This document shows positions 39,240-53,022 of a DNA stretch of 64,000 bases, one piece after another (position 1 is the stretch's first letter; every line of letters begins with the position of its first letter). A program made the position numbers and the translations under genes. Origin of the DNA: Marsupella aquatica (lineage: Eukaryota; Plantae; Marchantiophyta); NCBI GenBank assembly GCA_973895155.1, contig OZ316891.1, forward strand, positions 17,482,095 to 17,546,094, given 5' to 3'. Below the pieces are notes generated by a model that was not told the origin of the DNA, did not search any database, and worked only from the letters and a program-made list of their open reading frames with translations.

Positions 39240-42200
39240 TTAAACATTAGTCTCAACAGGTACATTGGGTGCCAGGCCCCATTCCGTCCAGGACCCATCA
39301 TAGACAGGGATGTCCGCCCTGCCAATCCGGTGAAGAGCCTGGACACAAAGCAAAGAGAAAAACCATCAACGTTCAAACTTTCAAGTTTAGCAACAATCAC
39401 TTTCATCATTCTCATTGAAAAAGATTTCCAAAGACGGGATGTAAATTCGTACTCACCAAAGCAAGAATGCAAGCTGTTACACCAGTGCCACAAGATACCG
39501 CAATCGGTGAATCCAAGGAAACACCTAAGGCACAACACAGTAATGGAGGAAACGACTCAGAGTTGCTTCAAGATCACAAAGCTAACCGAAGCTTTCTCCT
39601 TCGTCAATAGGATGTCTACTGCTTTCCCTCAAAGTTTTGCAGCAGACTTCTCTACAGTGTCTGATTGGTAGCAGAAGACTATTTAAACAAATTCGTATGC
39701 CACAAGCACCAGTTTAGAGACCTGAATGCTGAAATTTCCCGACAAGCTCCTCTGCCGGCAAAAGTGTTCCTCTACTCGTCAGCACCTACGAACATCGAAA
39801 TAGAACATCATAAATACCAATACAACAGCAAAGAAATCACAACTTTCTTCATGATGATCTCAAACGTAGATGTCAGCAGCGCTAGCAGAGAAAATAAGAG
39901 CTGCCGAAGAATGGAGTGGTAGGTAGCTCTATTCTAGTAGAAAGAAGGGTGACAAAAATAAACTTGAACCCACCTCGGTGAAGGGAACACAGGTGCTTCC
40001 AGGAACATGACCACCCCTGACACCCTTTCGGGGTTCTGGTGCAGAGCCATCAAATCTGTGCAACAACACAAATCTGTTTAGCATGTAGGTACAAGAGCCT
40101 CATCTTGAGTCGTTTGTAATAAACAGAAAGCCTAAAATCATTCTAGCAAATTATGCTGCGATCACCTTGCCTTGCTCCGAGCATCAACGAGCAGATACTT
40201 TTTCTCCGCGATGTTCTGCTTGACCTGTTAATCAAAGCCAGAGTAAGAATCCATTGAATCTGTACTTGGGCGAACAGCTGCTACAAGCACGTCCAAATGG
40301 GGAGATTGAATTCGTTCTCAGAAATTATAAAACTAGGACGGAACCTCGAATTGGACTCTTTCTATGACATACTTGTATGCACTGAGCTGCGTCCCATCCT
40401 TATTTGAGTAGTACTACTTGACAGGTACGCATTGTAGAATTGTACTCTCACCTCATCAAGAGACAATACAAGACTCTGTTGTAGATGTGCTTTGAAGTCA
40501 CCGGAGCCCACCTGCAAATATATGCACGTGTTAGCACGACCTAAAAAACCCTGGTTGGAACCAAACTTCTTCGCAATAGTAAGAGTTATAACATTGGCTG
40601 ATGACCAATTTGGACCGCTAAATATTTTGCTTTTGCTCTTTAGATTCTTCCCTGCTGAGATTTAAACGCTTAGTCAGGTTTACCTGAAAAACCAAAACCG
40701 AATGCCAAGGACTACTACTCTTTGCTGACTACCCTTAGGCAACCTACCATCCCCCATTACGTGGACCTGCTCATCTCATGACACCACTAACAGCCTACTT
40801 AATCCCTGACAGTGCTTGAGAAGTCGAGAGAAAGACCTGCTCGCCCCCATAGATCTTTTTTATAGCCTCTGATGAAGCCACAACTTTTCCAAGAGCTGTT
40901 GGGGTAGCTGACTCGACAGGGTACTTTTGTTGAAGCCATTGTGGGAGGCCTCCGTCCAGGACCACCACCTTCTCATGCCCAAAGGCTCTAAACATCCTAT
41001 GTGAATATCCAAGTCAAGTCTTGATTCGATAAGGGATAAGATACGTGAATACAATATTTACCACACCAACTTCACAATTATTCTTATTAATGGAATGAAC
41101 TACAATTGCTCGGCCCATTAACTTTCAAAATTATAAGTCAGAAGTCCAGGTTGGACTCCGGACAATGTCAATAAGGTATCTAATTTCAAATTATAACTAC
41201 CAACCAAATGAGTACATTAAACTGAAAAACGAAGGACAGAGCCTCGGCAGGAAAACAACTCACCACCAAACTCGAGCAGCACTGAAGATTCCTTTGCCGT
41301 CATAGACAACAATGCTATCGTGATTTTGAAGCCCTAATGCCGATGCTGCAGCAGAAAAGGCCGCTTCGGAAGGTAACATGTGAGGCATCTATGATACAAC
41401 ATCACGGAAAACTGGTAAGTAAACTGCTGTAAAATCCAAGGGCGAAGTCACAATGACTGGATAGCGACAATCAATCCATCTCGCTTTCTCCACGATTTAC
41501 AAGGGCAGAGGCCATGCAATCAGTACAGCATCGATTATCGGATCAGATCCGGTTGAGGTACCCATAGCAGATACCACCTCAGCACTTATGGTAGCTAATT
41601 TTGGACATTGACTGGAAGTCCATTTCATAGTTGACGAATCTAGACTACTTGCATCTTAAACCTATCTATCTTCTCAAATCCAGGTCACATCCTTTGGATT
41701 TACAGTTATCAAATCACCACTATCTGCTTGTCTTTCAGCTGCTCTAGCTCTCGCAAAACCTACCCTCTGATCTTCGTGAAATATTTCAAAGTTGACTTCT
41801 CTGAACTGGAAAGAAAGAGCTCTGACTGCTGCTGTGGTAAACTCATGATTACCTCAGACGTGATATCTCCAATTGCATCAATGTCGAAAAAGATTGCACC
41901 CTGTATATGGCATTCCTGCAATACAAGGGTGGGACAGATCAGCCGACAAGCTTAAGAATTGTCATGTCTGATCATTGATTGACTCTGAATGAATCGAAGA
42001 GGGGTGGCAGCATCCACAAAGCAAAACCCGTCGAGATCAAGTCTACCTGCGGTTCTAGAACATACTAAGTGTAAAGATCGAACTCTACTGCCGAGCAAAT
42101 TTGGACTTCAGCTGGACTAACGAAAGTCTCACGCCAACTTTGATACGTCAGCCTAGATCTTCTGAGTGCTACTACTTTTGTGTCCATCGACTAGTCTCAT

Positions 42201-43511
42201 TACAGTGACAATATTTGCACATGCTGGCAATTCTTACAAGGCCGTGAGCTGGTTCGATGAATCAGTCGAAACATAAATCAAACAAAACACCCACGCAAAG
42301 AAATCTTGCAAACGAAGGACAAGTGTAATAGAGTTCGGATCGAGAATGGACCTTGTATTCTTGGAGAGGATCACGTTTATCAAAAGGCATGTACCATGAT
42401 GCATCCAGGACCTGCGACGCAATGTCAAACCTTATAATAATAGAAAATTGGAGATCGCGACGGAAAATGCTACCAGTAATAAATGCAACAAATCATGCAA
42501 ATTCATTCTCTGATTGCCTCTGTTCATTCTTTACATATACTTCCCAAATTTGACCACCAGAATTAGTTCTCAGATAATACATCCAAATACGGCTTGTCTT
42601 TGCACTCAAGATGATACTGTATCAGGACCTTCAGGTTGGGGTCATTGAGATGCTGATGCAGCCAATCCACAGAAACAACTGGCAGTTTCTCCTCCTCTGC
42701 CATCGATGAAGCTCCCACTGATGCCAAGCCCTGTGCACGCCGAGAGTTTGTGCGAACTCCTCCACTGCCCGAACTGCTGCGTCCTGAGGAATTCACCCAC
42801 ACACCCTGCGTCCTCCACGCGTTAGAAAAAAGTGATGCGATTTCCAGGCTCCGAGCTTCCTCTGCCTGCTTATCCGGGCTCCTGTCTACAAGGTCATCCA
42901 GTTTGCTGTCGTCGTTATCGTTTGTGCGGACACAGAGACTGCAAACTTAAAACCTTCCTACAGTAAGAGCATCTCCTCTAGTGAAAGCCTGAACTCTTCA
43001 CAATGACATCGCATTAGGGGCACGACAGGATTGACTATCGAACGCGGCTGACAAACAACCTGGAAATCCTGACGTATCTCTCACATTGACGCATCAAAAG
43101 TGACGAAACATCATGGCGAAAAAGCTTGAACACTCGAGTCACTTAGATTCTTCCTGCTCTTGTTAATACCTTCAATGCCTTACTGAGGAATCGCCCACGA
43201 CAGCTAATGGAAACTACAAGACCTTCAACGAGCCAAAGAATGAAGCAATGAAAGGGCAACAGACTGAAGGGGCCCACAAGGAGCAAAGAAAGTGAGAGCG
43301 ATCAGTCGAAAATGTATATTAATCTGCTACTCACTTTACAAACGACCTGCCTGACCGCAGCAGAAGTCGAGCGTTTGATTAGCCCTCTCGTTGAAAAACC
43401 ACCGATGACGTCAGAATTCGAAGACCTTGCCTGAGAACTGGCTTGTGTGGTTTTAGCAGTCGATATGGGGAGGACCAGTGTGTTGGAGAGCCTTGTTGTT
43501 CCCAACATCAT
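39240..43511 (-). CDS. STR1: Thiosulfate/3-mercaptopyruvate sulfurtransferase (two-domain rhodanese, STR1/STR2-like), ~397 aa with N-terminal transit peptide. Exons 43511-43335, 42805-42629, 42411-42352, 41915-41853, 41388-41264, 40996-40837, 40511-40452, 40224-40166, 40055-39974, 39785-39722, 39524-39457, 39338-39240
   Basis: VVSVDWL, VLDASWYMP, PHMLPSE, FSAARVWWMFR, VLDGGLP, DARSKARFDG.APEPR, active-site loop SCGTGVTAC and C-terminal VYDGSWTEWG; exon phases add up in frame. The acceptor at 42805 is inferred from a TTCTAAC branch point. Confidence 0.92.
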
Positions 43512-45611
43512 CGTCGCTAGCGATGACAATGCAACATCTGCGATACGGGCCTGCTTATAATTCTCACACTGAAGGACTAGACCAGACTGGACTGTAGAGG
43601 GCGATTCGCTTTTCGACCGGCGTCGTGCTGTCCCAGCCTTACTCTCCCCCGTTTTTTAAGTGATGTTTCGTACCGGATTGACTGGAAATTTTGGGTTGTA
43701 TCACCCAAGGATCATCCAAATGCAATATGAAATAAGTACAGATATCTTCTTCATGAAATTTGAATGGAAGTCGTCTGGCAAATTCTCATCCGAATAAATA
43801 AGCATCAAATCTATGAGGTGACGGTCTGAGTCTTGGAAATGCGGTTTTTCCTAAAACACCGCACCTGATGTTGGACCTAGTTGCGAGGACAGCTTGAACT
43901 TGGCATGACCACATCTCCTTGTATGGTACCACATTTAAACAAAGTAAATCTAAAATTTTCAAGCTCACTAATTTCCAATCAATGTGTTATTACACACATA
44001 ACTTCACGCTGCATAGGACATTGTTATTTTGCTGTCAGTCCTTGGGTGTATTTGAAAGTTTGGTTTCGAGCCTAACTCGTTTACCTTCCTATAAGCTGAC
44101 CAACTCCAAGAGTAATTCCGTGGGCGCCTTTCAATCTTGGATAAGAATTGGCTCAAGGGTGGCTTTGACGCACCTCCTGATATTTTTCACAATTATGCTT
44201 TAATTGCGGCCGTCACAATACAGGGATTTACCCGCAGGATTGATCGGTAGTACCTCCGGTGACATGAACATGGATTATGTCTCTTCTGGTTCAAACAACA
44301 ATGTCAATATTACTCATGGTAGAAACCTCTGGCAAAAACCCTTTATCGTTACAAAAAATTCAACCACACAATAATTAGGCTGAATGCATTCATCATAGCG
44401 ACTCTCAGACATTTGACAGGGTCTCCCATGCCAGCTTCCTCGTTTTTCATATAAGATCAATTAACCACTTCTCTTGAAGACTGGGCAACTGTCAGCCACG
44501 TATTTGACTGGGTCCCGTTCGAGGCAGTTTCCCACACTTTTGAACATGTCACGCATGCACATTTCAGCCCTGGCAACTTGAAACCATGCCATTCCTGCCT
44601 GTCCAACAGTCCATCTTAATTGTCGAACTGTGTTTGTGAAGAGACCGACCTCATGCCAAAGATGCTACATGCACACTCTATTTCAATCAGTCCTTTTTAG
44701 TTACTTCACCTCCTACCGGGTGTATTTATATTTGTAGGATTTTTCTGTCAATCTTCCCTTGCTTTTATCATCAGAAAAACGACGAAGGACAAAAGCATTT
44801 GAGCCATGATCGACCACACCGACAGAAAATAATTTAGTCATGGAGTAACTAGTGCTTCAAAAGCCTGATCTACGCCTCTCCAATAAACAAAGAACAGTCC
44901 TCAATTGAACCTGTTCAACATTCAATCCTTTTCTGGCTCTTCAATGAAGCCAATGTGAACATATTGCGTTTATCCTCGAATATTACACAACCTCGTCAGA
45001 AGACTGAAACCACTCAATCTACAAAATTGATAAACGATTTTCGATCGAAAAAGAGGGAGAGCCGTAATAAAATCCACACCCGGCAGCTCTCGTAACTGAC
45101 GGAGATAATCGAGCTGGTAATTGCCTCCAGCAGTTACATTTGACAATCTTATCGAATCTGGAATGCGTCTCAGAAAACAGCTCCAAAACACTAATGTACT
45201 AAAATCGAGGCAGAACAAGACAGCACTTGTACACAACTGAGGACAAATGTACCTCCTTGAAGTTAAGATTGCAACTTATTTTCAATACGACTGCCTCATT
45301 TCTAAGAGATGGCTGAAAACTCCACTTCAAAACTTCCCTCGTATTGGCCTCCTGTTGAGCTCCTATTCTTTCGTAATCTTCTCAATACAAGTCATTAGCT
45401 TGACATCTCTCACTAAACTATTTCTCTGGACATGTCCCTAGGTCTTTTACTAAAGCTAGGGGCAACTTAATCTTTGCCATAGATTTCTACTTCTATAGTG
45501 GATAACATGCATTCCAGGTAGTTGCCATCAAAACCTTTGTACAGGGCAACCTACCGTCACTGCAGCTACTTGTATGGTCAGCAAATACAACCGCCGGACT
45601 ATTCAGACCTG

Positions 45612-48600
45612 TTACAAGTGTGATCTCAACTTAAATTTGTAAGCCTTGATCTCCAGCGGACCCAAATCGATCAAAGCAGACTTTCTCTCACGCTTCACAC
45701 TTCCCCGTTCCTTACGATGCACTTGCTCTACAGTGCTATCGAACTCATCGTCATCATCAAGGGCAAGGTTCAGAGAAGTGAATTTGGTGTTTGATATCTC
45801 TAGGTCCTGGAAGATATTCTTGAGGGGAAAGATGGCATCATCCACGACAGAACACTGCTCTCCTACCAGGTTCTTGCTGACACCATATGAAGCATCGAAG
45901 CCTCGTCTCTGGATCAGGAGGCCTACATTTTGTTTACTTGAAGTTGTGATCCCAGCTCCATCAAGGGCCTGCAACGAAACCACATGCAAATCACAGGGCA
46001 GCTTGCTAGTAAAAGGAGAGAACGTCAACTTATGGAGTGGATCATTCCCTCTGGAAGACTCTTCAATGTTAGCCCTCTCTTCTTCCCTTCCAATAAATGC
46101 ATGCAATGGGTAGTTGAGCTGAGACCCTACTCGATGTGAAAGAAGAGATGGCAGTCTTGAAGCGGAGGAGCTAGGCTCTACGTTTTCAGTTTGAGATATG
46201 TTTTTCTCAAAAAGAAGGTGAAAGACAACAGAGTTCTGGTGGTTATCTAAAACTCCTTGGCCTAAACCACGACTATCATCATGCAAAAGTCGTCTATCCA
46301 ACATCACTTCCAACCAACCCTTGCCAAGGCTTGCAACCCCCAAGGCTTGTCTACTATGGATGGAGAATCGTCTGCCACCTGGGCACTGGATAAATGCAAG
46401 GGCTGGCATCGGATAGTAATTGCCCTGGAGTGGAATCTTATCCAAAGTTTCACGCCTAATAGTTTGGAATCCATTCAGGTCCGAGTAGAATAATCCTTTG
46501 TTATTCAGCTCAGTTTTGAATCGAGCAATGAGCTCCATGTTGTTAAAAGAACTTTGATGAAGCATTGTCTGGTACTCCATCTCGGCAATTCCTGCTTGTA
46601 GTGACGTTCCAGCATAGAGCCTGGCACTTCGCGCAACGGGGATAGTGTCCAGCTCACAATTTGGTCTGGAATAGGCCTCTTCCATTAATGGTCCCTTTGA
46701 AACCACGATTAGGCCACCAAGCTGAACAAACGACTTGGCCTCACCATTTGGTTCAAAAAGGTATGCTCCACTGCCTCTGCTGAAGTAGAAAGCAAGTTCC
46801 TCTTCCACGACAACCGCCTCGCCCACATCTTTAATTTCCATACCCTGCAACAATCCAGTATGACCATCGAATAACAAGATCTGATGCTCGTTTTCAATTA
46901 CAACGTGTTCATCACGCTGATAGGAACATCGATAAGGAGTCGGGCAGACAAAGTCAGAAGGCGAATTAAACACAGACAAAATTGCGGCAGTTGCTATGAT
47001 ACAAGACTCTGTGCTTGCTGAAGGAGCGACTATGTAAGTCTGAAGGCCCATGGGGGCCACCTTTGCTACCCACAGCAAGCGATGTTTCCCTGTTCCTGGT
47101 GGATTTCCTGATTTATAGTCCCATTCTGGACTGACTTGACTGGGAACAGGTCTCCATTCAGAATCAAAGACGCACACAAGTGGCTCGTCTACCACGACTG
47201 TGACCACTTGGTCAAGAATTTCCTCCAAAGAATTGAATAGCACCACCCGTCGAACCTGGTCACCTGATCATGCCAACAAAAGGATAGCAAACAGTGAACA
47301 ACACTTTCCTAAAACCAACATGTCAATCATTCCAAACTTATATGTGATGCCAATTAGTTTTGCCTGCGGCCCTGCATTCTCACAGCGTCCCTAAGCTGGT
47401 GTAAGACTCTGACTCAAACGTCTATGTCTAATAGGGCTATATGATTAGCCCGACGTCAGTATCTTCCATGAGGGCGTCATATATTCACGGTGTCGGGGAG
47501 GACAACATTTCCAGTAGAAGAAAAACGAGTCTCTAAGTAACAGAGTTGAATTGCCATGAGAAAATACTATCTTTAGGTCAGGCCAAATAAACAACAACGA
47601 AGTTGCTGGAAATGGAGCGTTGCCCACATACCAGTCACTTCCAGTACGGTTTTGACAGGCAACAGATCATACTTTTCTCGTGTTTGCTCTGGCTCGTAGA
47701 ACGCACGATCTTCTTGATCATGATCCGCACACCTGCCAGAGAAGGTTCTTTGACTCAGAAGAGCCGTAACACTCCTTGCCATAAAGTTCTGCAGGTTTCG
47801 CACTGATGAATGCATTCTCAATCCGTAGTCTTGCATAACGTGAGTCTTAGCTGTTCCTGTCACACCATCATGATGCTGAAATAGTGCCAGATTGCGTCTG
47901 GCAGAAACCAGATCTGAAGTTGATGAGAGAGGAAATTCTGATTTCTCAGCCTGGCAGTATGCTAACGTAAGAGAGAAAAGTATATCCGCCGCCCTTAGCG
48001 TCTGCTCGAGAACACGATCCATAGCTTTGAAGAACGGACGAGAAACATAGTAGCCACTCCAATAATCGTGCCGCACGTCGGAATACGTGAAGAAGTCACC
48101 TGACAGGGTGGGAAACCCACGTACAGAATCTGATGCTGCTTGAAAGGGGGATTCTTTACCCACCTCATCTCGAAGGGTTCTGAAATAGTCTTCTAAGGTT
48201 CCAAAATTCACGTTGGCTCTCAAATATGCGTGGGAATTTATGTAATCAAAAATTTTCTGGAGGTTTGTGAACTGCAGTTCTGCCTCGCGTATCGTAGTAT
48301 ACCGAAAATCATCTCCCAAAGGAATGAGCAGAGTGTTGCTGCGGTAAAGAGTTGACTTCTTGCGGTACTGATCCAGAAGCAACTCCGCGCGTTCCTTCAC
48401 GTTCTCAGAGGTAATCACAACAGGGTCTTTTCCCCAGGGACAAGTCGATAATGAATGTGCGCTGGGAAGACGCCAAAAATCAAATTGGCAGCAAATAGAT
48501 GGGTCTGGACCACAAGTATGAGGGATGTCATACGAATAGAAAGGCATCATGTGACAGAAGATATCCGTGGTATTCGTATCATCCCAGCTTTGTCTCCACA

Positions 48601-50720
48601 TAAATTCCAGGTTCTTTTTCCTAGCCAGTGCCTTCTTCACTTCATAATGAGTCCTCTGAATGAGCATATTCTTGAAGCCCATACGCCTGAGCAAGTATGC
48701 CATTGTGGGTGAGTGACCGAACGGATCGATCGCCCAGGAATTTCTTACAGTGACTCCAAGAGTATCCAGCAACCAGACATTACCTGCGATCATCTAGCAT
48801 GGACAAAGAGTTTCCATCTTCGATCTTAGAAATTGAATTGCTCGTTGTTCCATGCAATTGAAAAAGTCTAGGATACATTGAGATACATTCTACTTTACAA
48901 TGTCATATTTAAGACGAAGCAGACCATCAGATGTATTTTTCAACCGAAAAATTTCTTTTAATCTACAGACCTTAGCTCTGTTTTGAACCATTTTCAAAGT
49001 CTAAATCCTTACCAGATTCAAACGACCTATTCATACTAGCAAGTGTGACCAGGTCAATGCTAGCCAAAACAAGAGAGGTATTTTGTGTGTTTAAGTGTGT
49101 ATTTGGGAGAAGGGGGGGAGATGGGGAAGAACAGGTTTGACAGCGCTTCTATAGACCAAGATAAGTACAGACACAGAACAGACAGTAAGAACCAATGAAC
49201 GACATACACGAGTCAATAAATTTACTAACAGCAGGACGCAAGCCAGAACCTAGGATGCCACTTCCAGTCCAAGTTTTCATACAGAGAGATATTAGTTTTC
49301 AAGAATATTACCTGCTGGATTATAGCATAATAATGCGAGTTAGCCTGCTCAGCAATCAAAGAAACGTATTAGTGCAATCATTTCTGCTAACTCCTACTAC
49401 CATACTCAAAAACTGTGAGCATTGCTATAATTGAAAATCACTAATAGGTCCACCTACCTTAGACCTACACAGATATGTTAATTCACTTCAACTCAGAACA
49501 GCACACATCACATCATAACGAATTTACCTCATCATTCATCACCCAACCTCCTCCAACGATTTCGAGCTGGCCTGTCTTGACTAGAAGTTTGAAATCTTTT
49601 TTTTCTACTTCAGACGCATCCAGCCACCACCTCTCCAAGAAAGACATTTCTTCCCAGATGAATTTACGTCGATTGTCCTGCACAATTCCGAATTATGGTT
49701 CTCACGTAACGGCAGCAGTAAGCGCTCTTGCTATTCACAAGCGTGTGCCTCAAAGGGATATCCTGAACCCTCCACGGTGTGCCTTTGCAATGACTAGAGC
49801 AAACGAAACTGGGAATTTCAATCAATGACCTCCAAAGTGAGTCAAGGTGCCCAGGACAAGACCCAGCGGAAATCCCGTTAAGCTTAACAGGTTTCTCCAA
49901 CCGTATAAAGACTCAAGAAACCAACACAACCCATTGAATTCCAAAGTCTGGTCTATTAATTCTAATTAAGAATTTTCTGACACTCGTCATTTACAATGCG
50001 GATTTTTCTATTATTCCTTAGTCAGTACATTCTATGCCTTCTTGATTGTTTAGCCATTCCAAATTACTCGGCAGAAACGGATCTGACCAATGAAAGAATT
50101 CAATGTTGGTAAAATGATATTCATTATCTAGATAACGAATAGCGCAGCCAACTGACCTTTTTAAGGGCTTGCACAATAGTAGAGAGAATGTTCCGAGAAT
50201 TCTCCTGGTAGTACTCCTCCACAGTACGTAACCACCCGGGATCGTTGTGTGAATGAGGCATAACAATAACCTTCAACTTTTCCTCGTCCCATTCATTTCC
50301 ATTAAACTGCACATTCCACCCCTGTCGCCAGACGCCACCTTCCTCATTATTGAACTCAATCTCGTCGTATAAACCCTTCATTGTGATGTCCGTGTTCCCT
50401 TCTCCAATTCCAACCCGATTCATAGATCCCCGGGCTAACGACGACATTGTTACACCATCATCACCACTCAGTGATATAGCAGCAGGCACAAAGAAATAAC
50501 TCCCATTGTAGATTCCGAGCGCCAAAATCAGCAACAAAGCGGACATGATCAAAAAATTCAAAAGCCTGCGCTTCACGCTTTGCAGGAGTGTGCGGCGCGT
50601 CCGTCTCCTCTTTGAACTGACTCCTGTCGCCGCAAGCTTAGAAGCTCGGGGTCTCGCACCCGCACCCGTCCACCCTCCCCCATTGAAGGAGGAGCTCGAG
50701 AAGGTCCCTGATCCCGACAT
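45612..50720 (-). CDS. GMII: Golgi alpha-mannosidase II (GH38, type II membrane protein), ~1186 aa. Exons 50720-50157, 49677-49528, 49344-49312, 48793-47632, 47263-45612
   Basis: PHSHNDPGW, GGGWVMNDEANSHY, WAIDPFGHS, LGDDFRY, YWSGYY, LFQHHDGVTGT, NYYPMP and LEVMLDRR motifs; N-terminal TM helix; splice phases consistent. Confidence 0.95.
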
Positions 50721-51314
50721 CGCCGATTTAATCAATCCCCTTCCCGTTCCAGAATCAGATCACTTCCTCGCCGAGCGAGCGACGAATCAGAGACCTCCCA
50801 TTCCTCGTCCTTGCTCGCAAATCACTGACATTCTCACGTAAACAAGAGCACAGTGTAAACACCGAAGATCCCCAATATCCGCAGAAGGATGTCTGGACCC
50901 TGTCACCCGAAACAGAACAGCGGCGGCATTTCCGGACCTCGTCGCCCGATCGAAGTCCTCCTCGCCAGACTTTCAATTCCGCCTCTCCTCCACATCCAAT
51001 TGCGGTGGATCGCTTAGCCAATTCGACATGTGAATCACAGCGATCGGTCGCAGCACAACCCTATTGCTGCGGTCCGGATCAGGACGCCTTCGCTGACAAT
51101 TGTCAACGCTCATCTGGACGAAGAATTGGTAAACCATCATTCTGGTGGAGTTGGGTGCGGAATACGATCGAGGTGAGGTTGTACAGGAGTGCCGATATTA
51201 TTACGGACAAAAGAGTTAGTGTTTGGGAAAGAAATTGCCTCTTAACACTTTGGCATTAGATGTGTCTATCATTAGCTTATCACTCTACTCGAGTGGGAGC
51301 TATTTTTCGACTCC

Positions 51315-51795
51315 TTTTTTGCCCCCTCTTTTTCCTCTTCCTAGGTTTTGGGGTTTTGCATTTGCCGTGTTTGGTGAGATTTTTTCCCCTTTTTCTTTTT
51401 TCCTCTTCTTAGGTTTTCGGGGGTTGCATTTGCCTCTTCTTTTGTGTTTGTTGAGCTCTTTATCCGCCCTTTTTTTTTTTCCTTTTTCCTCTTCCTAGGT
51501 TTTGGGGTTTGCATTTGCCTCTTCTTTTGTGTTTGGTGAGATTTTTCCCCTTTTTCTTTTTTCCTCTTCTTTTGTGTTTGTTGAGCTCTTTATCCGCCCT
51601 TTTTCTTCCTTTTTCCTCTTCCTAGGTTTGAGGTTTGCATTTGCCTCTTCTTTTGTGTTTGGTGAGCTGTTTTTCCCCTTTTTCTTTTTCCTCTTCTTAG
51701 GTTTTCAGGGGTTGCATTTGCCTCTTCTTTTGTGTTTGTTGAGCTCTTTATCCACCCTTTTCTTCCCTTTTTCCTCTTCCTAGGTTTTGGGGGTG
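51315..51795. repeat. Pyrimidine-rich tandem repeat, ~75-85-bp modular unit x6, upstream of GMII
   Basis: Recurring TTTTTCCTCTTC(C/T)TAGGTTTT..GG.TTGCATTTGCCTCTTCTTTTGTGTTTG(G/T)TGAG. Confidence 0.85.
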
Positions 51796-52034
51796 TATTT
51801 TATCCTTGGTGTTTGTCCTCTTCAGACCTCTTTTGTTTTCCCTTAGTTATACTTTGTTTCGTCCTTTTGATAAAAATTATCTAGTTTTGGTTTTTGTTTT
51901 GACAAAAAATGAGAATTTCTGATGTGCAATGTATTGCTGGATTTGCACCTTGACTGCCCTCCAAGAAATTTATTGCAGCAGGAAATTAAAGGTAGGAGCC
52001 AAAGAAAATACAAGAGTGGTGCAAGCAAGGAGAG

Positions 52035-52378
52035 TGTTAGATATTGCTCTAGTCTTGTGACTCATGAGCTAACCACAGTTAGTCTAACTCGGGTTAGGAC
52101 TTAGCTAATGTTAGCGGTTGTGCGGTTGTGCATATAGCCAGGGCTGAAGCCAGACCCTGGTGGAACTTAGGCTCATTGTTACGGAGCTAGTTGAGAGATA
52201 GGGAGAGCTTGTGCTGTGGATGCTTGGTATGGCCAGTCAGCCTAGAGTGCAGTAAAGCTCTTGTGTGTTCCCGTGGACGTAGCCTCATGTGGAGGTGAAC
52301 CACGTATCTCTCTGTGTCGACTATTGTGCGTTGGATGGTTCATGGGCTTGCCGTTGCGAATGTCGTCTATGCTCAACA
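52035..52378 (+). mobile_element. Solo LTR (344 bp) of the neighbouring Copia family, 5-bp TSD GAGAG
   Basis: TG...CA ends; GAGAG at 52030-52034 and 52379-52383; ~15 mismatches by eye against the reverse complement of 53023-53366. Confidence 0.93.
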
Positions 52379-53022
52379 GAGAGAAGGTACTCAGTGTGGA
52401 AGATGGCAAGTAGTAATGAGAAATGGAAAAACCTTGCATGAATAGGGCAGGTGAGGAGAGGAGGCACATAGTAGGTGGGTGGGGAGGAGAGTTGAAAGAA
52501 AAGACAGGAGTCCAACAGATGGAGAAGGAGAGATATGCTTAGTAGACCCTCTTCTGGAAAACGTTTGCTTAATCAACCCCTTTGATACTTTTCCCCAATC
52601 TGGACCGTTGATGGTCCTTTTATTCTCAGATCTGGACCGTTGATAGACCTCAGGGGGTCGATCAAGTAACAAGTTTAATTTTAGGGTCAATCAAGCAAAT
52701 ACCTCGATGGAGAAGGCAGGCTGAAATTAGGTAGACAGGGAGGTCCATGCAATGCATATTCACTGATGTGCAAAGGATTGTAAGCATGATAGATCATCAC
52801 ATACAAAAGACAGTGGCCATGGAAGATTGTTGACACCAACAGGATTTCCCTGAAAAACTGTCTATAGACAAGATTGTCAAAAGTGGACCGACGGCCAGGT
52901 TGTGTTTTCAATATGCCTGGTTTTGCATTGTCGGCCTCTGAAACATTTAACCATGCTCTATTGCCTTTACTTACAAGCTTATACTAGAAAGTGGAGAGAG
53001 GATGGGAAAATGAAATTTACAC

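Noticed and set aside
42806-42946. Extra in-frame open stretch (LCVRTNDNDDSKLDDL...) upstream of sulfurtransferase exon 2
   Set aside because: Its acceptors are out of phase with the strong exon-1 donor and it is too acidic for a transit peptide; 42805 fits better
45646-46113. 155-aa ORF antisense to GMII, and similar antisense ORFs over VAPYRIN, STIG1 and Copia
   Set aside because: Shadow ORFs of real coding sequence on the other strand or frame
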